64,000 nucleotides of DNA from Auanema rhodensis (lineage: Eukaryota; Animalia; Nematoda), in the NCBI GenBank assembly GCA_964057225.1, contig OZ059894.1, forward strand, positions 19,220,001 through 19,284,000, read 5' to 3'. Of this stretch, positions 30,301-45,300 are shown piece by piece. The translations under genes and the position numbers were made by a program. Below the pieces are notes generated by a model. It did no database searches. It saw nothing but the letters and a program-made list of their open reading frames with translations, and was not told the origin of the DNA. Each line of letters starts with the position of its first letter. The stretch's first letter is position 1.

Positions 30301-32818
30301 CGAGGATATAAGTGTGAACTTATATCAGTTGATATCTCGGTGCATTTTTAAGCTAGCGCAAATCTGATAACACAGATCGACGCAGCTTAAAAATCCGCAT
30401 CGAATGCACTATACTACATTGAGAAACGCTTAATACAAAAATTAGTTATGATCGTTTGAAAAATGATGCATTAGTGTATGTTGAGTTTCCATATACACTC
30501 AACATTGCTTCCAAAAACATTTTGACAAAAATTTTTTCGAAAAATTTCAAAATAATTTAGCAAAAAGTAGATGTTTTTAGATTCCTTTTTTCAAGGCAAA
30601 GACGATGGACAATGTTATTCAACGAAAAAATTAATTCTTCAGGGTGAAAATCGAGGATATAAGTGTGAACTTATATCAGTTGATATCTCGGTGCATTTTT
30701 AAGCTAGCGCAAATCTGATAACACAGATCGACGCAGCTTAAAAATCCGCATCGAATGCACTATACTACATTGAGAAACGCTTGATACAGAAATTAGTTAT
30801 GATTGTTCGAAAAATGATGCATTAGTGTATGTTGAGTTTCCATGTACACTCAACATTGCTTCCAAAAACATTTTGACAAAAATTTTTTCGAAAAATTTCA
30901 AAATAATTTAGCAAAAAGTAGATGTTTTCGGATTTCTTTTTTCAAGGCAAAGACGATGGACAATGTTATTCAACGAAAAAATTAATTCTTCAGGGTGAAA
31001 ATCGAGGATATAAGTGTGAACTTATATCAGTTGATATCTCGGTGCATTTTTAAGCTAGCGCAAATCTGATAACACAGATCGACGCAGCTTAAAAATCCGC
31101 ATCGAATGCACTATACTACATTGAGAAACGCTTAATACAAAAATTAGTTATGATCGTTTGAAAAATGATGCATTAGTGTATGTTGAGTTTCCATGTACAC
31201 TCAACATTGCTTCCAAAAACATTTTGACAAAAATTTTTTCGAAAAATTTCAAAATAATTTAGCAAAAAGTAGATGTTTTTAGATTGCTTTTTTCAAGGCA
31301 AAGACGATGGACAATGTTATTCAACGAAAAAATTAATTCTTCAGGGTGAAAATCGAGGATATAAGTGTGAACTTATATCAGTTGATATCTCGGTGCATTT
31401 TTAAGCTAGCGCAAATCTGATAACACAGATCGACGCAGCTTAAAAATCCGCATCGAATGCACTATACTACATTGAGAAACGCTTAATACAAAAATTAGTT
31501 ATGATCGTTTGAAAAATGATGCATTAGTGTATGTTGAGTTTCCATGTACACTCAACATTGCTTCCAAAAACATTTTGACAAAAATTTTTTCGAAAAATTT
31601 CAAAATAATTTAGCAAAAAGTAGATGTTTTTAGATTGCTTTTTTCAAGGCAAAGACGATGGACAATGTTATTCAACGAAAAAAGTAATTCTTGAGGGTGA
31701 AAATCGAGGATATAAGTGTGAACTTATATCAGTTGATATCTCGGTGCATTTTTGAGCTAGCGCAAATCTGATAACACAGATCGACGCAGCTTAAAAATCC
31801 GCATCGAATGCACTATACTACATTGAGAAACGCTCAACACAAAAATTAGTTATGATCGTTTGAAAAATGATGCATTAGTGTATGTTGAGTTTCCATATAC
31901 ACTCAACATTGCTTCCAAAAACATTTTGACAAAAATTTTTTCGAAAAATTTCAAAATAATTTAGCAAAAAGTAGATGTTTTTAGATTCCTTTTTTCAAGG
32001 CAAAGACGATGGACAATGTTATTCAACGAAAAAATTAATTCTTCAGGGTGAAAATCGAGGATATAAGTGTGAACTTATATCAGTTGATATCTCGGTGCAT
32101 TTTTAAGCTAGCGCAAATCTGATAACACAGATCGACGCAGCTTAAAAATCCGCATCGAATGCACTATACTACATTGAGAAACGCTTAATACAAAAATTAG
32201 TTATGATCGTTTGAAAAATGATGCATTAGTGTATGTTGAGTTTCCATGTACACTCAACATTGCTTCCAAAAACATTTTGACAAAAATTTTTTCGAAAAAT
32301 TTCAAAATAATTTAGCAAAAAGTAGATGTTTTTAGAATCCATTTTTCAAGGCAAAGACGATGGACAATGTTATTCAACGAAAAAATTAATTCTTCAGGGT
32401 GAAAATCGAGGATATAAGTGTGAACTTATATCAGTTGATATCTCGGTGCATTTTTAAGCTAGCGCAAATCTGATAACACAGATCGACGCAGCTTAAAAAT
32501 CCGCATCGAATGCACTATACTACATTGAGAAACGCTTAATACAAAAATTAGTTATGATCGTTTGAAAAATGATGCATTAGTGTATGTTGAGTTTCCATGT
32601 ACACTCAACATTGCTTCCAAAAACATTTTGACAAAAATTTTTTCGAAAAATTTCAAAATAAATTAGCAAAAAGTAGATGTTTTTAGAATCCATTTTTCAA
32701 GGCAAAGACGATGGACAATGTTATTCAACGAAAAAATTAATTCTTCAGGGTGAAAATCGAGGATATAAGTGTGAACTTATATCAGTTGATATCTCGGTGC
32801 ATTTTTAAGCTAGCGCAA

Positions 32819-32930
32819 ATCTGATAACACAGATCGACGCAGCTTAAAAATCCGCATCGAATGCACTATACTACATCTGATAACACAGATCGACGCAGCT
32901 TAAAAATCCGCATCGAATGATATATACTAC
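32819..32930 (+). repeat. 56-bp tandem duplication inside one satellite monomer (407-bp monomer)
   Basis: atctgataac...ctatactac occurs at 32819-32874 and again at 32875-32930, with cac changed to ata in the second copy. The ggatataagt landmark spacing from 32761 to 33168 is 407 = 351+56. Confidence 0.95.
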
Positions 32931-35900
32931 ATTGAGAAACGCTCAACACAAAAATTAGTTATGATCGTTTGAAAAATGATCCATTAGTGTATGTTGAGTT
33001 TCCATGTACACTCAACATTGCTTCCAAAAACATTTTGACAAAAATTTTTTCGAAAAATTTCAAAATAATTTAGCAAAAAGTAGATGTTTTTAGATTGCTT
33101 TTTTCAAGGCAAAGACGATGGACAATGTTATTCAACGAAAAAATTAATTCTTCAGGGTGAAAATCGAGGATATAAGTGTGAACTTATATCAGTTGATATC
33201 TCGGTGCATTTTTAAGCTAGCGCAAATCTGATAACACAGATCGACGCAGCTTAAAAATCCGCATCGAATGCACTATACTACATTGAGAAACGCTTAATAC
33301 AAAAATTAGTTATGATCGTTTGAAAAATGATGCATTAGTGTATGTTGAGTTTCCATATACACTCAACATTGCTTCCAAAAACATTTTGACAAAAATTTTT
33401 TCGAAAAATTTCAAAATAATTTAGCAAAAAGTAGATGTTTTTAGATTCCTTTTTTCAAGGCAAAGACGATGGACAATGTTATTCAACGAAAAAAATAATT
33501 CTTCAGGGTGAAAATCGAGGATATAAGTGTGAACTTATATCAGTTGATATCTCGGTGCATTTTTAAGCTAGCGCAAATCTGATAACACAGATCGACGCAG
33601 CTTAAAACTCCGCATCGAATGCACTATACTACATTGAGAAACGCTTAATACAAAAATTAGTTATGATCGTTTGAAAAATGATGCATTAGTGTATGTTGAG
33701 TTTCCATGTACACTCAACATTGCTTCCAAAAACATTTTGACAAAAATTTTTTCGAAAAATTTCAAAATAATTTAGCAAAAAGTAGATGTTTTAAGATTGC
33801 TTCTTTCAAGGCAAAGACGATGGACAATGTTATTCAACGAAAAAAGTAATTCTTGAGGGTGAAAATCGAGGATATAAGTGTGAACTTATATCAGTTGATA
33901 TCTCGGTGCATTTTTAAGCTAGCGCAAATCTGATAACACAGATCGACGCAGCTTAAAAATCCGCATCGAATGCACTATACTACATTGAGAAACGCTTAAT
34001 ACAAAAATTAGTTATGATCGTTTGAAAAATGATGCATTAGTGTATGTTGAGTTTCCATATACACTCAACATTGCTTCCAAAAACATTTTGACAAAAATTT
34101 TTTCGAAAAATTTCAAAATAATTTAGCAAAAAGTAGATGTTTTTAGATTCCTTTTTTCAAGGCAAAGACGATGGACAATGTTATTCAACGAAAAAATTAA
34201 TTCTTCAGGGTGAAAATCGAGGATATAAGTGTGAACTTATATCAGTTGATATCTCGGTGCATTTTTAAGCTAGCGCAAATCTGATAACACAGATCGACGC
34301 AGCTTAAAAATCCGCATCGAATGCACTATACTACATTGAGAAACGCTTAATACAAAAATTAGTTATGATCGTTTGAAAAATGATGCATTAGTGTATGTTG
34401 AGTTTCCATGTACACTCAACATTGCTTCCAAAAACATTTTGACAAAAATTTTTTCGAAAAATTTCAAAATAATTTAGCAAAAAGTAGATGTTTTAAGATT
34501 GCTTTTTTCAAGGCAAAGACGATGGACAATGTTATTCAACGAAAAAAGTAATTCTTGAGGGTGAAAATCGAGGATATAAGTGTGAACTTATATCAGTTGA
34601 TATCTCGGTGCATTTTTAAGCTAGCGCAAATCTGATAACACAGATCGACGCAGCTTAAAAATCCGCATCGAATGCACTATACTACATTGAGAAACGCTTA
34701 ATACAAAAATTAGTTATGATCGTTTGAAAAATGATGCATTAGTGTATGTTGAGTTTCCATATACACTCAACATTGCTTCCAAAAACATTTTGACAAAAAT
34801 TTTTTCGAAAAATTTCAAAATAATTTAGCAAAAAGTAGATGTTTTTAGATTCCTTTTTTCAAGGCAAAGACGATGGACAATGTTATTCAACGAAAAAATT
34901 AATTCTTCAGGGTGAAAATCGAGGATATAAGTGTGAACTTATATCAGTTGATATCTCGGTGCATTTTTAAGCTAGCGCAAATCTGATAACACAGATCGAC
35001 GCAGCTTAAAAATCCGCATCGAATGCACTATACTACATTGAGAAACGCTTAATACAAAAATTAGTTATGATCGTTTGAAAAATGATGCATTAGTGTATGT
35101 TGAGTTTCCATGTACACTCAACATTGCTTCCAAAAACATTTTGACAAAAATTTTTTCGAAAAATTTCAAGATAAATCAGCAAAAAATAGGTGTTTTTAGA
35201 TTCCTTTTTTCAAGGCAAAGACGATGGACAATGTTATTCAACGAAAAAATTAATTTTTCAGGGTGAAAATCGAGGATATAAGTGTGAACTTATATCAGTT
35301 GATATCTCGGTGCATTTTTAAGCTAGCGCAAATCTGATAACACAGATCGACGCAGCTTAAAAATCCGCATCGAATGCACTATACTACATTGAGAAACGCT
35401 TAATACAAAAATTAGTTATGATCGTTTGAAAAATGATGCATTAGTGTATGTTGAGTTTCCATGTACACTCAACATTGCTTCCAAAAACATTTTGACAAAA
35501 ATTTTTTCGAAAAATTTCAAGATAAATTAGCAAAAAGTAGATGTTTTTAGATTCCTTTTTTCAAGGCAAAGACGATGGACAATGTTATTCAACGAAAAAA
35601 TTAATTCTTCAGGGTGAAAATCGAGGATATAAGTGTGAACTTATATCAGTTGATATCTCGGTGCATTTTTCAGCTAGCGCAAATCTGATAACACAGATCG
35701 ACGCAGCTTAAAAATCCGCATCGAATGCACTATACTACATTGAGAAACGCTCAATACAAAAATTAGTTATGATCGTTTGAAAAATGATGCATTAGTGTAT
35801 GTTGAGTTTCCATGTACACTCAACATTGCTTCCAAAAACATTTTGACAAAAATTTTTTCGAAAAATTTCAAAATAATTTAGCAAAAAGTAGATGTTTTTA

Positions 35901-38900
35901 GATTCCTTTTTTCAAGGCAAAGACGATGGACAATGTTATTCAACGAAAAAATTAATTCTTCAGGGTGAAAATCGAGGATATAAGTGTGAACTTATATCAG
36001 TTGATATCTCGGTGCATTTTTAAGCTAGCGCAAATCTGATAACACAGATCGACGCAGCTTAAAAATCCGCATCGAATGCACTATACTACATTGAGAAACG
36101 CTTAATACAAAAATTAGTTATGATCGTTTGAAAAATGATGCATTAGTGTATGTTGAGTTTCCATGTACACTCAACATTGCTTCCAAAAACATTTTGACAA
36201 AAATTTTTTCGAAAAATTTCAAGATAAATTAGCAAAAAGTAGATGTTTTTAGATTCCTTTTTTCAAGGCAAAGACGATGGACAATGTTATTCAACGAAAA
36301 AATTAATTTTTCAGGGTGAAAATGGAGGATATACGTGTGAACTTATATCAGTTGATATCTCGGTGCATTTTTAAGCTAGCGCAAATCTGATAACACAGAT
36401 CGACGCAGCTTAAAAATCCGCATCGAATGCACTATACTACATTGAGAAACGCTTAATACAAAAATTAGTTATGATCGTTTGAAAAATGATGCATTAGTGT
36501 ATGTTGAGTTTCCATGTACACTCAACATTGCTTCCAAAAACATTTTGACAAAAATTTTTTCGAAAAATTTCAAGATAAATCAGCAAAAAATAGGTGTTTT
36601 TAGATTCCTTTTTTCAAGGCAAAGACGATGGACAATGTTATTCAACGAAAAAATTAATTTTTCAGGGTGAAAATCGAGGATATAAGTGTGAACTTATATC
36701 AGTTGATATCTCGGTGCATTTTTAAGCTAGCGCAAATCTGATAACACAGATCGACGCAGCTTAAAAATCCGCATCGAATGCACTATACTACATTGAGAAA
36801 CGCTTAATACAAAAATTAGTTATGATCGTTTGAAAAATGATGCATTAGTGTATGTTGAGTTTCCATGTACACTCAACATTGCTTCCAAAAACATTTTGAC
36901 AAAAATTTTTTCGAAAAATTTCAAGATAAATCAGCAAAAAATAGGTGTTTTTAGATTCCTTTTTTCAAGGCAAAGACGATGGACAATGTTATTCAACGAA
37001 AAAATTAATTTTTCAGGGTGAAAATCGAGGATATAAGTGTGAACTTATATCAGTTGATATCTCGGTGCATTTTTAAGCTAGCGCAAATCTGATAACACAG
37101 ATCGACGCAGCTTAAAAATCCGCATCGAATGCACTATACTACATTGAGAAAAGCTTAATACAAAAATTAGTTATGATCGTTTGAAAAATGATGCATTAGT
37201 GTATGTTGAGTTTCCATGTACACTCAACATTGCTTCCAAAAACATTTTGACAAAAATTTTTTCGAAAAATTTCAAGATAAATTAGCAAAAAGTAGATGTT
37301 TTTAGATTCCTTTTTTCAAGGCAAAGACGATGGACAATGTTATTCAACGAAAAAATTAATTCTTCAGGGTGAAAATCGAGGATATAAGTGTGAACTTATA
37401 TCAGTTGATATCTCGGTGCATTTTTAAGCTAGCGCAAATCTGATAACACAGATCGACGCAGCTTAAAAATCCGCATCGAATGCACTATACTACATTGAGA
37501 AACGCTTAATACAAAAATTAGTTATGATCGTTTGAAAAATGATCCATTAGTGTATGTTGAGTTTCCATGTACACTCAACATTGCTTCCAAAAACATTTTG
37601 ACAAAAATTTTTTCGAAAAATTTCAAGATAAATTAGCAAAAAGTAGATGTTTTTAGATTCCTTTTTTCAAGGCAAAGACGATGGACAATGTTATTCAACG
37701 AAAAAATTAATTTTTCAGGGTGAAAATCGAGGATATACGTGTGAACTTATATCAGTTGATATCTCGGTGCATTTTTAAGCTAGCGCAAATCTGATAACAC
37801 AGATCGACGCAGCTTAAAAATCCGCATCGAATGCACTATACTACATTGAGAAACGCTTAATACAAAAATTAGTTATGATCGTTTGAAAAATGATGCATTA
37901 GTGTATGTTGAGTTTCCATGTACACTCAACATTGCTTCCAAAAACATTTTGACAAAAATTTTTTCGAAAAATTTCAAGATAAATCAGCAAAAAATAGGTG
38001 TTTTTAGATTCCTTTTTTCAAGGCAAAGACGATGGACAATGTTATTCAACGAAAAAATTAATTTTTCAGGGTGAAAATCGAGGATATAAGTGTGAACTTA
38101 TATCAGTTGATATCTCGGTGCATTTTTAAGCTAGCGCAAATCTGATAACACAGATCGACGCAGCTTAAAAATCCGCATCGAATGCACTATACTACATTGA
38201 GAAACGCTTAATACAAAAATTAGTTATGATCGTTTGAAAAATGATGCATTAGTGTATGTTGAGTTTCCATGTACACTCAACATTGCTTCCAAAAACATTT
38301 TGACAAAAATTTTTTCGAAAAATTTCAAGATAAATTAGCAAAAAGTAGATGTTTTTAGATTCCTTTTTTCAAGGCAAAGACGATGGACAATGTTATTCAA
38401 CGAAAAAATTAATTCTTCAGGGTGAAAATCGAGGATATAAGTGTGAACTTATATCAGTTGATATCTCGGTGCATTTTTAAGCTAGCGCAAATCTGATAAC
38501 ACAGATCGACGCAGCTTCAAAATCCGCATCGAATGCACTATACTACATTGAGAAACGCTCAATACAAAAATTAGTTATGATCGTTTGAAAAATGATCCAT
38601 TAGTGTATGTTGAGTTTCCATGTACACTCAACATTGCTTCCAAAAACATTTTGACAAAAATTTTTTCGAAAAATTTCAAAATAATTTAGAAAAAAGTAGA
38701 TGTTTTTAGATTGCTTTTTTCAAGGCAAAGACGATGGACAATGTTATTCAACGAAAAAATTAATTCTTGAGGGTGAAAATCGAGGATATAAGTGTGAACT
38801 TATATCAGTTGATATCTCGGTGCATTTTTAAGCTAGCGCAAATCTGATAACTCAGATCGACGCAACTTAAAAATCCGCATCGAATGCACTATACTACATT

Positions 38901-39849
38901 GAGAAACGCTTAATACAAAAATTAGTTATGATCGTTTGAAAAATGATGCATTAGTGTATGTTGAGTTTCCATGTACACTCAACATTGCTTCCAAAAACAT
39001 TTTGACAAAAATTTTTTCGAAAAATTTCAAAATAAATTAGCAAAAAGTAGATGTTTTTAGAATCCATTTTTCAAGGCAAAGACGATGGACAATGTTATTC
39101 AACGAAAAAATTAATTCTTCAGGGTGAAAATCGAGGATATAAGTGTGAACTTATATCAGTTGATATCTCGGTGCATTTTTAAGCTAGCGCAAATCTGATA
39201 ACACAGATCGACGCAGCTTAAAAATCCGCATCGAATGCACTATACTACATTGAGAAACGCTTAATACAAAAATTAGTTATGATCGTTTGAAAAATGATGC
39301 ATTAGTGTATGTTGAGTTTCCATGTACACTCAACATTGCTTCCAAAAACATTTTGACAAAAATTTTTTCGAAAAATTTCAAAATAATTTAGCAAAAAGTA
39401 GATGTTTTTAGATTGCTTTTTTCAAGGCAAAGACGATGGACAATGTTATTCAACGAAAAAAGTAATTCTTGAGGGTGAAAATCGAGGATATAAGTGTGAA
39501 CTTATATCAGTTGATATCTCGGTGCATTTTTAAGCTAGCGCAAATCTGATAACACAGATCGACGCAACTTAAAAATCCGCATCGAATGCACTATACTACA
39601 TTGAGAAACGCTTAATACAAAAATTAGTTATGATCGTTTGAAAAATGATGCATTAGTGTATGTTGAGTTTCCATGTACACTCAACATTGCTTCCAAAAAC
39701 ATTTTGACAAAAATTTTTTCGAAAAATTTCAAAATAAATTAGCAAAAAGTAGATGTTTTTAGATTCCATTTTTCAAGGCAAAGACGATGGACAATGTTAT
39801 TCAACGAAAAAAGTAATTCTTGAGGGTGAAAATCGAGGATATAAGTGTG

Positions 39850-42300
39850 AACTTATATCAGTTGATATCTCGGTGCATTTTTAAGCTAGCGCAAATCTGA
39901 TAACACAGATCGACGCAGCTTAAAAATCCGCATCGAATGCACTATACTACATTGAGAAACGCTTAATACAAAAATTAGTTATGATCGTTTGAAAAATGAT
40001 GCATTAGTGTATGTTGAGTTTCCATATACACTCAACATTGCTTCCAAAAACATTTTGACAAAAATTTTTTCGAAAAATTTCAAAATAATTTAGCAAAAAG
40101 TAGATGTTTTTAGATTCCTTTTTTCAAGGCAAAGACGATGGACAATGTTATTCAACGAAAAAAATAATTCTTCAGGGTGAAAATCGAGGATATAAGTGTG
40201 AACTTATATCAGTTGATATCTCGGTGCATTTTTAAGCTAGCGCAAATCTGATAACACAGATCGACGCAGCTTAAAACTCCGCATCGAATGCACTATACTA
40301 CATTGAGAAACGCTTAATACAAAAATTAGTTATGATCGTTTGAAAAATGATGCATTAGTGTATGTTGAGTTTCCATGTACACTCAACATTGCTTCCAAAA
40401 ACATTTTGACAAAAATTTTTTCGAAAAATTTCAAAATAATTTAGCAAAAAGTAAATGTTTTTAGATTGCTTTTTTCAAGGCAAAGACGATGGACAATGTT
40501 ATTCAACGAAAAAAGTAATTCTTGAGGGTGAAAATCGAGGATATAAGTGTGAACTTATATCAGTTGATATCTCGGTGCATTTTTAAGCTAGCGCAAATCT
40601 GATAACACAGATCGACGCAGCTTAAAAATCCGCATCGAATGCACTATACTACATTGAGAAACGCTTAATACAAAAATTAGTTATGATCGTTTGAAAAATG
40701 ATGCATTAGTGTATGTTGAGTTTCCATATACACTCAACATTGCTTCCAAAAACATTTTGACAAAAATTTTTTCGAAAAATTTCAAAATAATTTAGCAAAA
40801 AGTAGATGTTTTTAGATTCCTTTTTTCAAGGCAAAGACGATGGACAATGTTATTCAACGAAAAAATTAATTCTTCAGGGTGAAAATCGAGGATATAAGTG
40901 TGAACTTATATCAGTTGATATCTCGGTGCATTTTTAAGCTAGCGCAAATCTGATAACACAGATCGACGCAGCTTAAAAATCCGCATCGAATGCACTATAC
41001 TACATTGAGAAACGCTTAATACAAAAATTAGTTATGATCGTTTGAAAAATGATGCATTAGTGTATGTTGAGTTTCCATGTACACTCAACATTGCTTCCAA
41101 AAACATTTTGACAAAAATTTTTTCGAAAAATTTCAAAATAATTTAGCAAAAAGTAGATGTTTTTAGATTGCTTTTTTCAAGGCAAAGACGATGGACAATG
41201 TTATTCAACGAAAAAAGTAATTCTTGAGGGTGAAAATCGAGGATATAAGTGTGAACTTATATCAGTTGATATCTCGGTGCATTTTTAAGCTAGCGCAAAT
41301 CTGATAACACAGATCGACGCAGCTTAAAAATCCGCATCGAATGCACTATACTACATTGAGAAACGCTTAATACAAAAATTAGTTATGATCGTTTGAAAAA
41401 TGATGCATTAGTGTATGTTGAGTTTCCATATACACTCAACATTGCTTCCAAAAACATTTTGACAAAAATTTTTTCGAAAAATTTCAAAATAATTTAGCAA
41501 AAAGTAGATGTTTTTAGATTCCTTTTTTCAAGGCAAAGACGATGGACAATGTTATTCAACGAAAAAAATAATTCTTCAGGGTGAAAATCGAGGATATAAG
41601 TGTGAACTTATATCAGTTGATATCTCGGTGCATTTTTAAGCTAGCGCAAATCTGATAACACAGATCGACGCAGCTTAAAACTCCGCATCGAATGCACTAT
41701 ACTACATTGAGAAACGCTTAATACAAAAATTAGTTATGATCGTTTGAAAAATGATGCATTAGTGTATGTTGAGTTTCCATGTACACTCAACATTGCTTCC
41801 AAAAACATTTTGACAAAAATTTTTTCGAAAAATTTCAAAATAATTTAGCAAAAAGTAGATGTTTTTAGATTGCTTTTTTCAAGGCAAAGACGATGGACAA
41901 TGTTATTCAACGAAAAAAGTAATTCTTGAGGGTGAAAATCGAGGATATAAGTGTGAACTTATATCAGTTGATATCTCGGTGCATTTTTAAGCTAGCGCAA
42001 ATCTGATAACACAGATCGACGCAGCTTAAAAATCCGCATCGAATGCACTATACTACATTGAGAAACGCTTAATACAAAAATTAGTTATGATCGTTTGAAA
42101 AATGATGCATTAGTGTATGTTGAGTTTCCATATACACTCAACATTGCTTCCAAAAACATTTTGACAAAAATTTTTTCGAAAAATTTCAAAATAATTTAGC
42201 AAAAAGTAGATGTTTTTAGATTCCTTTTTTCAAGGCAAAGACGATGGACAATGTTATTCAACGAAAAAATTAATTCTTCAGGGTGAAAATCGAGGATATA
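39850..42300. repeat. Local dimeric (702-bp) higher-order repeat; the same dimer also occurs at ~33200-34900 and ~47300-48900
   Basis: Variant ccatataca at ~40026, 40728, 41430 and 42132 (also 33357/34059/34761 and 47397/48099/48801) alternates with monomers bearing gattgc...aaagtaattcttga. Confidence 0.85.
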
Positions 42301-45300
42301 AGTATGAACTTATATCAGTTGATATCTCGGTGCATTTTTAAGCTAGCGCAAATCTGATAACACAGATCGACGCAGCTTAAAAATCCGCATCGAATGCACT
42401 ATACTACATTGAGAAACGCTTAATACAAAAATTAGTTATGATCGTTTGAAAAATGATGCATTAGTGTATGTTGAGTTTCCATATACACTCAACATTGCTT
42501 CCAAAAACATTTTGACAAAAATTTTTTCGAAAAATTTCAAGATAAATTAGCAAAAAGTAGATGTTTTTAGATTCCTTTTTTCAAGGCAAAGACGATGGAC
42601 AATGTTATTCAACGAAAAAATTAATTTTTCAGGGTGAAAATCGAGGATATAAGTGTGAACTTATATCAGTTGATATCTCGGTGCATTTTTAAGCTAGCGC
42701 AAATCTGATAACACAGATCGACGCAGCTTAAAAATCCGCATCGAATGCACTATACTACATTGAGAAACGCTTAATACAAAAATTAGTTATGATCGTTTGA
42801 AAAATGATGCATTAGTGTATGTTGAGTTTCCATGTACACTCAACATTGCTTCCAAAAACATTTTGACAAAAATTTTTTCGAAAAATTTCAAGATAAATTA
42901 GCAAAAAGTAGATGTTTTTAGATTCCTTTTTTCAAGGCAAAGACGATGGACAATGTTAATCAACGAAAAAATTAATTCTTCAGGGTGAAAATCGAGGATA
43001 TAAGTGTGAACTTATATCAGTTGATATCTCGGTGCATTTTTAAGCTAGCGCAAATCTGATAACACAGATCGACGCAGCTTAAAAATCCGCATCGAATGCA
43101 CTATACTACATTGAGAAACGCTTAATACAAAAATTAGTTATGATCGTTTGAAAAATGATGCATTAGTGTATGTTGAGTTTCCATGTACACTCAACATTGC
43201 TTCCAAAAACATTTTGACAAAAATTTTTTCGAAAAATTTCAAAATAATTTAGCAAAAAGTAGATGTTTTTAGATTCCTTTTTTCAAGGCAAAGACGATGG
43301 ACAATGTTATTCAACGAAAAAATTAATTCTTCAGGGTGAAAATCGAGGATATAAGTGTGAACTTATATCAGTTGATATCTCGGTGCATTTTTAAGCTAGC
43401 GCAAATCTGATAACACAGATCGACGCAGCTTAAAAATCCGCATCGAATGCACTATACTACATTGAGAAACGCTTAATACAAAAATTAGTTATGATCGTTT
43501 GAAAAATGATGCATTAGTGTATGTTGAGTTTCCATATACACTCAACATTGCTTCCAAAAACATTTTGACAAAAATTTTTTCGAAAAATTTCAAGATAAAT
43601 TAGCAAAAAGTAGATGTTTTTAGATTCCTTTTTTCAAGGCAAAGACGATGGACAATGTTATTCAACGAAAAAATTAATTTTTCAGGGTGAAAATCGAGGA
43701 TATAAGTGTGAACTTATATCAGTTGATATCTCGGTGCATTTTTAAGCTAGCGCAAATCTGATAACACAGATCGACGCAGCTTAAAAATCCGCATCGAATG
43801 CACTATACTACATTGAGAAACGCTTAATACAAAAATTAGTTATGATCGTTTGAAAAATGATGCATTAGTGTATGTTGAGTTTCCATGTACACTCAACATT
43901 GCTTCCAAAAACATTTTGACAAAAATTTTTTCGAAAAATTTCAAGATAAATTAGCAAAAAGTAGATGTTTTTAGATTCCTTTTTTCAAGGCAAAGACGAT
44001 GGACAATGTTAATCAACGAAAAAATTAATTCTTCAGGGTGAAAATCGAGGATATAAGTGTGAACTTATATCAGTTGATATCTCGGTGCATTTTTAAGCTA
44101 GCGCAAATCTGATAACACAGATCGACGCAGCTTAAAAATCCGCAACGAATGCACTATACTACATTGAGAAACGCTTAATACAAAAATTAGTTATGATCGT
44201 TTGAAAAATGATGCATTAGTGTATGTTGAGTTTCCATGTACACTCAACATTGCTTCCAAAAACATTTTGACAAAAATTTTTTCGAGAAATTTCAAAATAA
44301 TTTAGCAAAAAGTAGATGTTTTTCGATTGCTTTTTTCAAGGCAAAGACGATGGACAATGTTATTCAACGAAAAAATTAATTCTTGAGGGTGAAAATCGAG
44401 GATATAAGTGTGAACTTATATCAGTTGATATCTCGGTGCATTTTTAAGCTAGCGCAAATCTGATAACACAGATCGACGCAGCTTAAAACTCCGCATCGAA
44501 TGCACTATACTACATTGAGAAACGCTTAATACAAAAATTAGTTATGATCGTTTGAAAAATGATGCATTAGTGTATGTTGAGTTTCCATGTACACTCAACA
44601 TTGCTTCCAAAAACATTTTGACAAAAATTTTTTCGAAAAATTTCAAAATAATTTAGCAAAAAGTAGATGTTTTTAGATTCCTTTTTTCAAGGCAAAGACG
44701 ATGGACAATGTTATTCAACGAAAAAATTAATTCTTCAGGGTGAAAATCGAGGATATAAGTGTGAACTTATATCAGTTGATATCTCGGTGCATTTTTAAGC
44801 TAGCGCAAATCTGATAACACAGATCGACGCAGCTTAAAAATCCGCATCGAATGCACTATACTACATTGAGAAACGCTTAATACAAAAATTAGTTATGATC
44901 GTTTGAAAAATGATGCATTAGTGTATGTTGAGTTTCCATGTACACTCAACATTGCTTCCAAAAACATTTTGACAAAAATTTTTTCGAAAAATTTCAAAAT
45001 AATTTAGCAAAAAGTAGATGTTTTTAGATTGCTTTTTTCAAGGCAAAGACGATGGACAATGTTATTCAACGAAAAAAGTAATTCTTGAGGGTGAAAATCG
45101 AGGATATAAGTGTGAACTTATATCAGTTGATATCTCGGTGCATTTTTAAGCTAGCGCAAATCTGATAACACAGATCGACGCAGCTTAAAAATCCGCATCG
45201 AATGCACTATACTACATTGAGAAACGCTTAATACAAAAATTAGTTATGATCGTTTGAAAAATGATGCATTAGTGTATGTTGAGTTTCCATATACACTCAA

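Noticed and set aside
35075-38074. Four identical 63-aa ORFs (35075, 36479, 36830, 37883)
   Set aside because: They are satellite monomers in which a TAG became CAG (aatcagcaaaaaatagg variant). The start is TTG, there is no recognisable domain, and the other monomers keep the stop.
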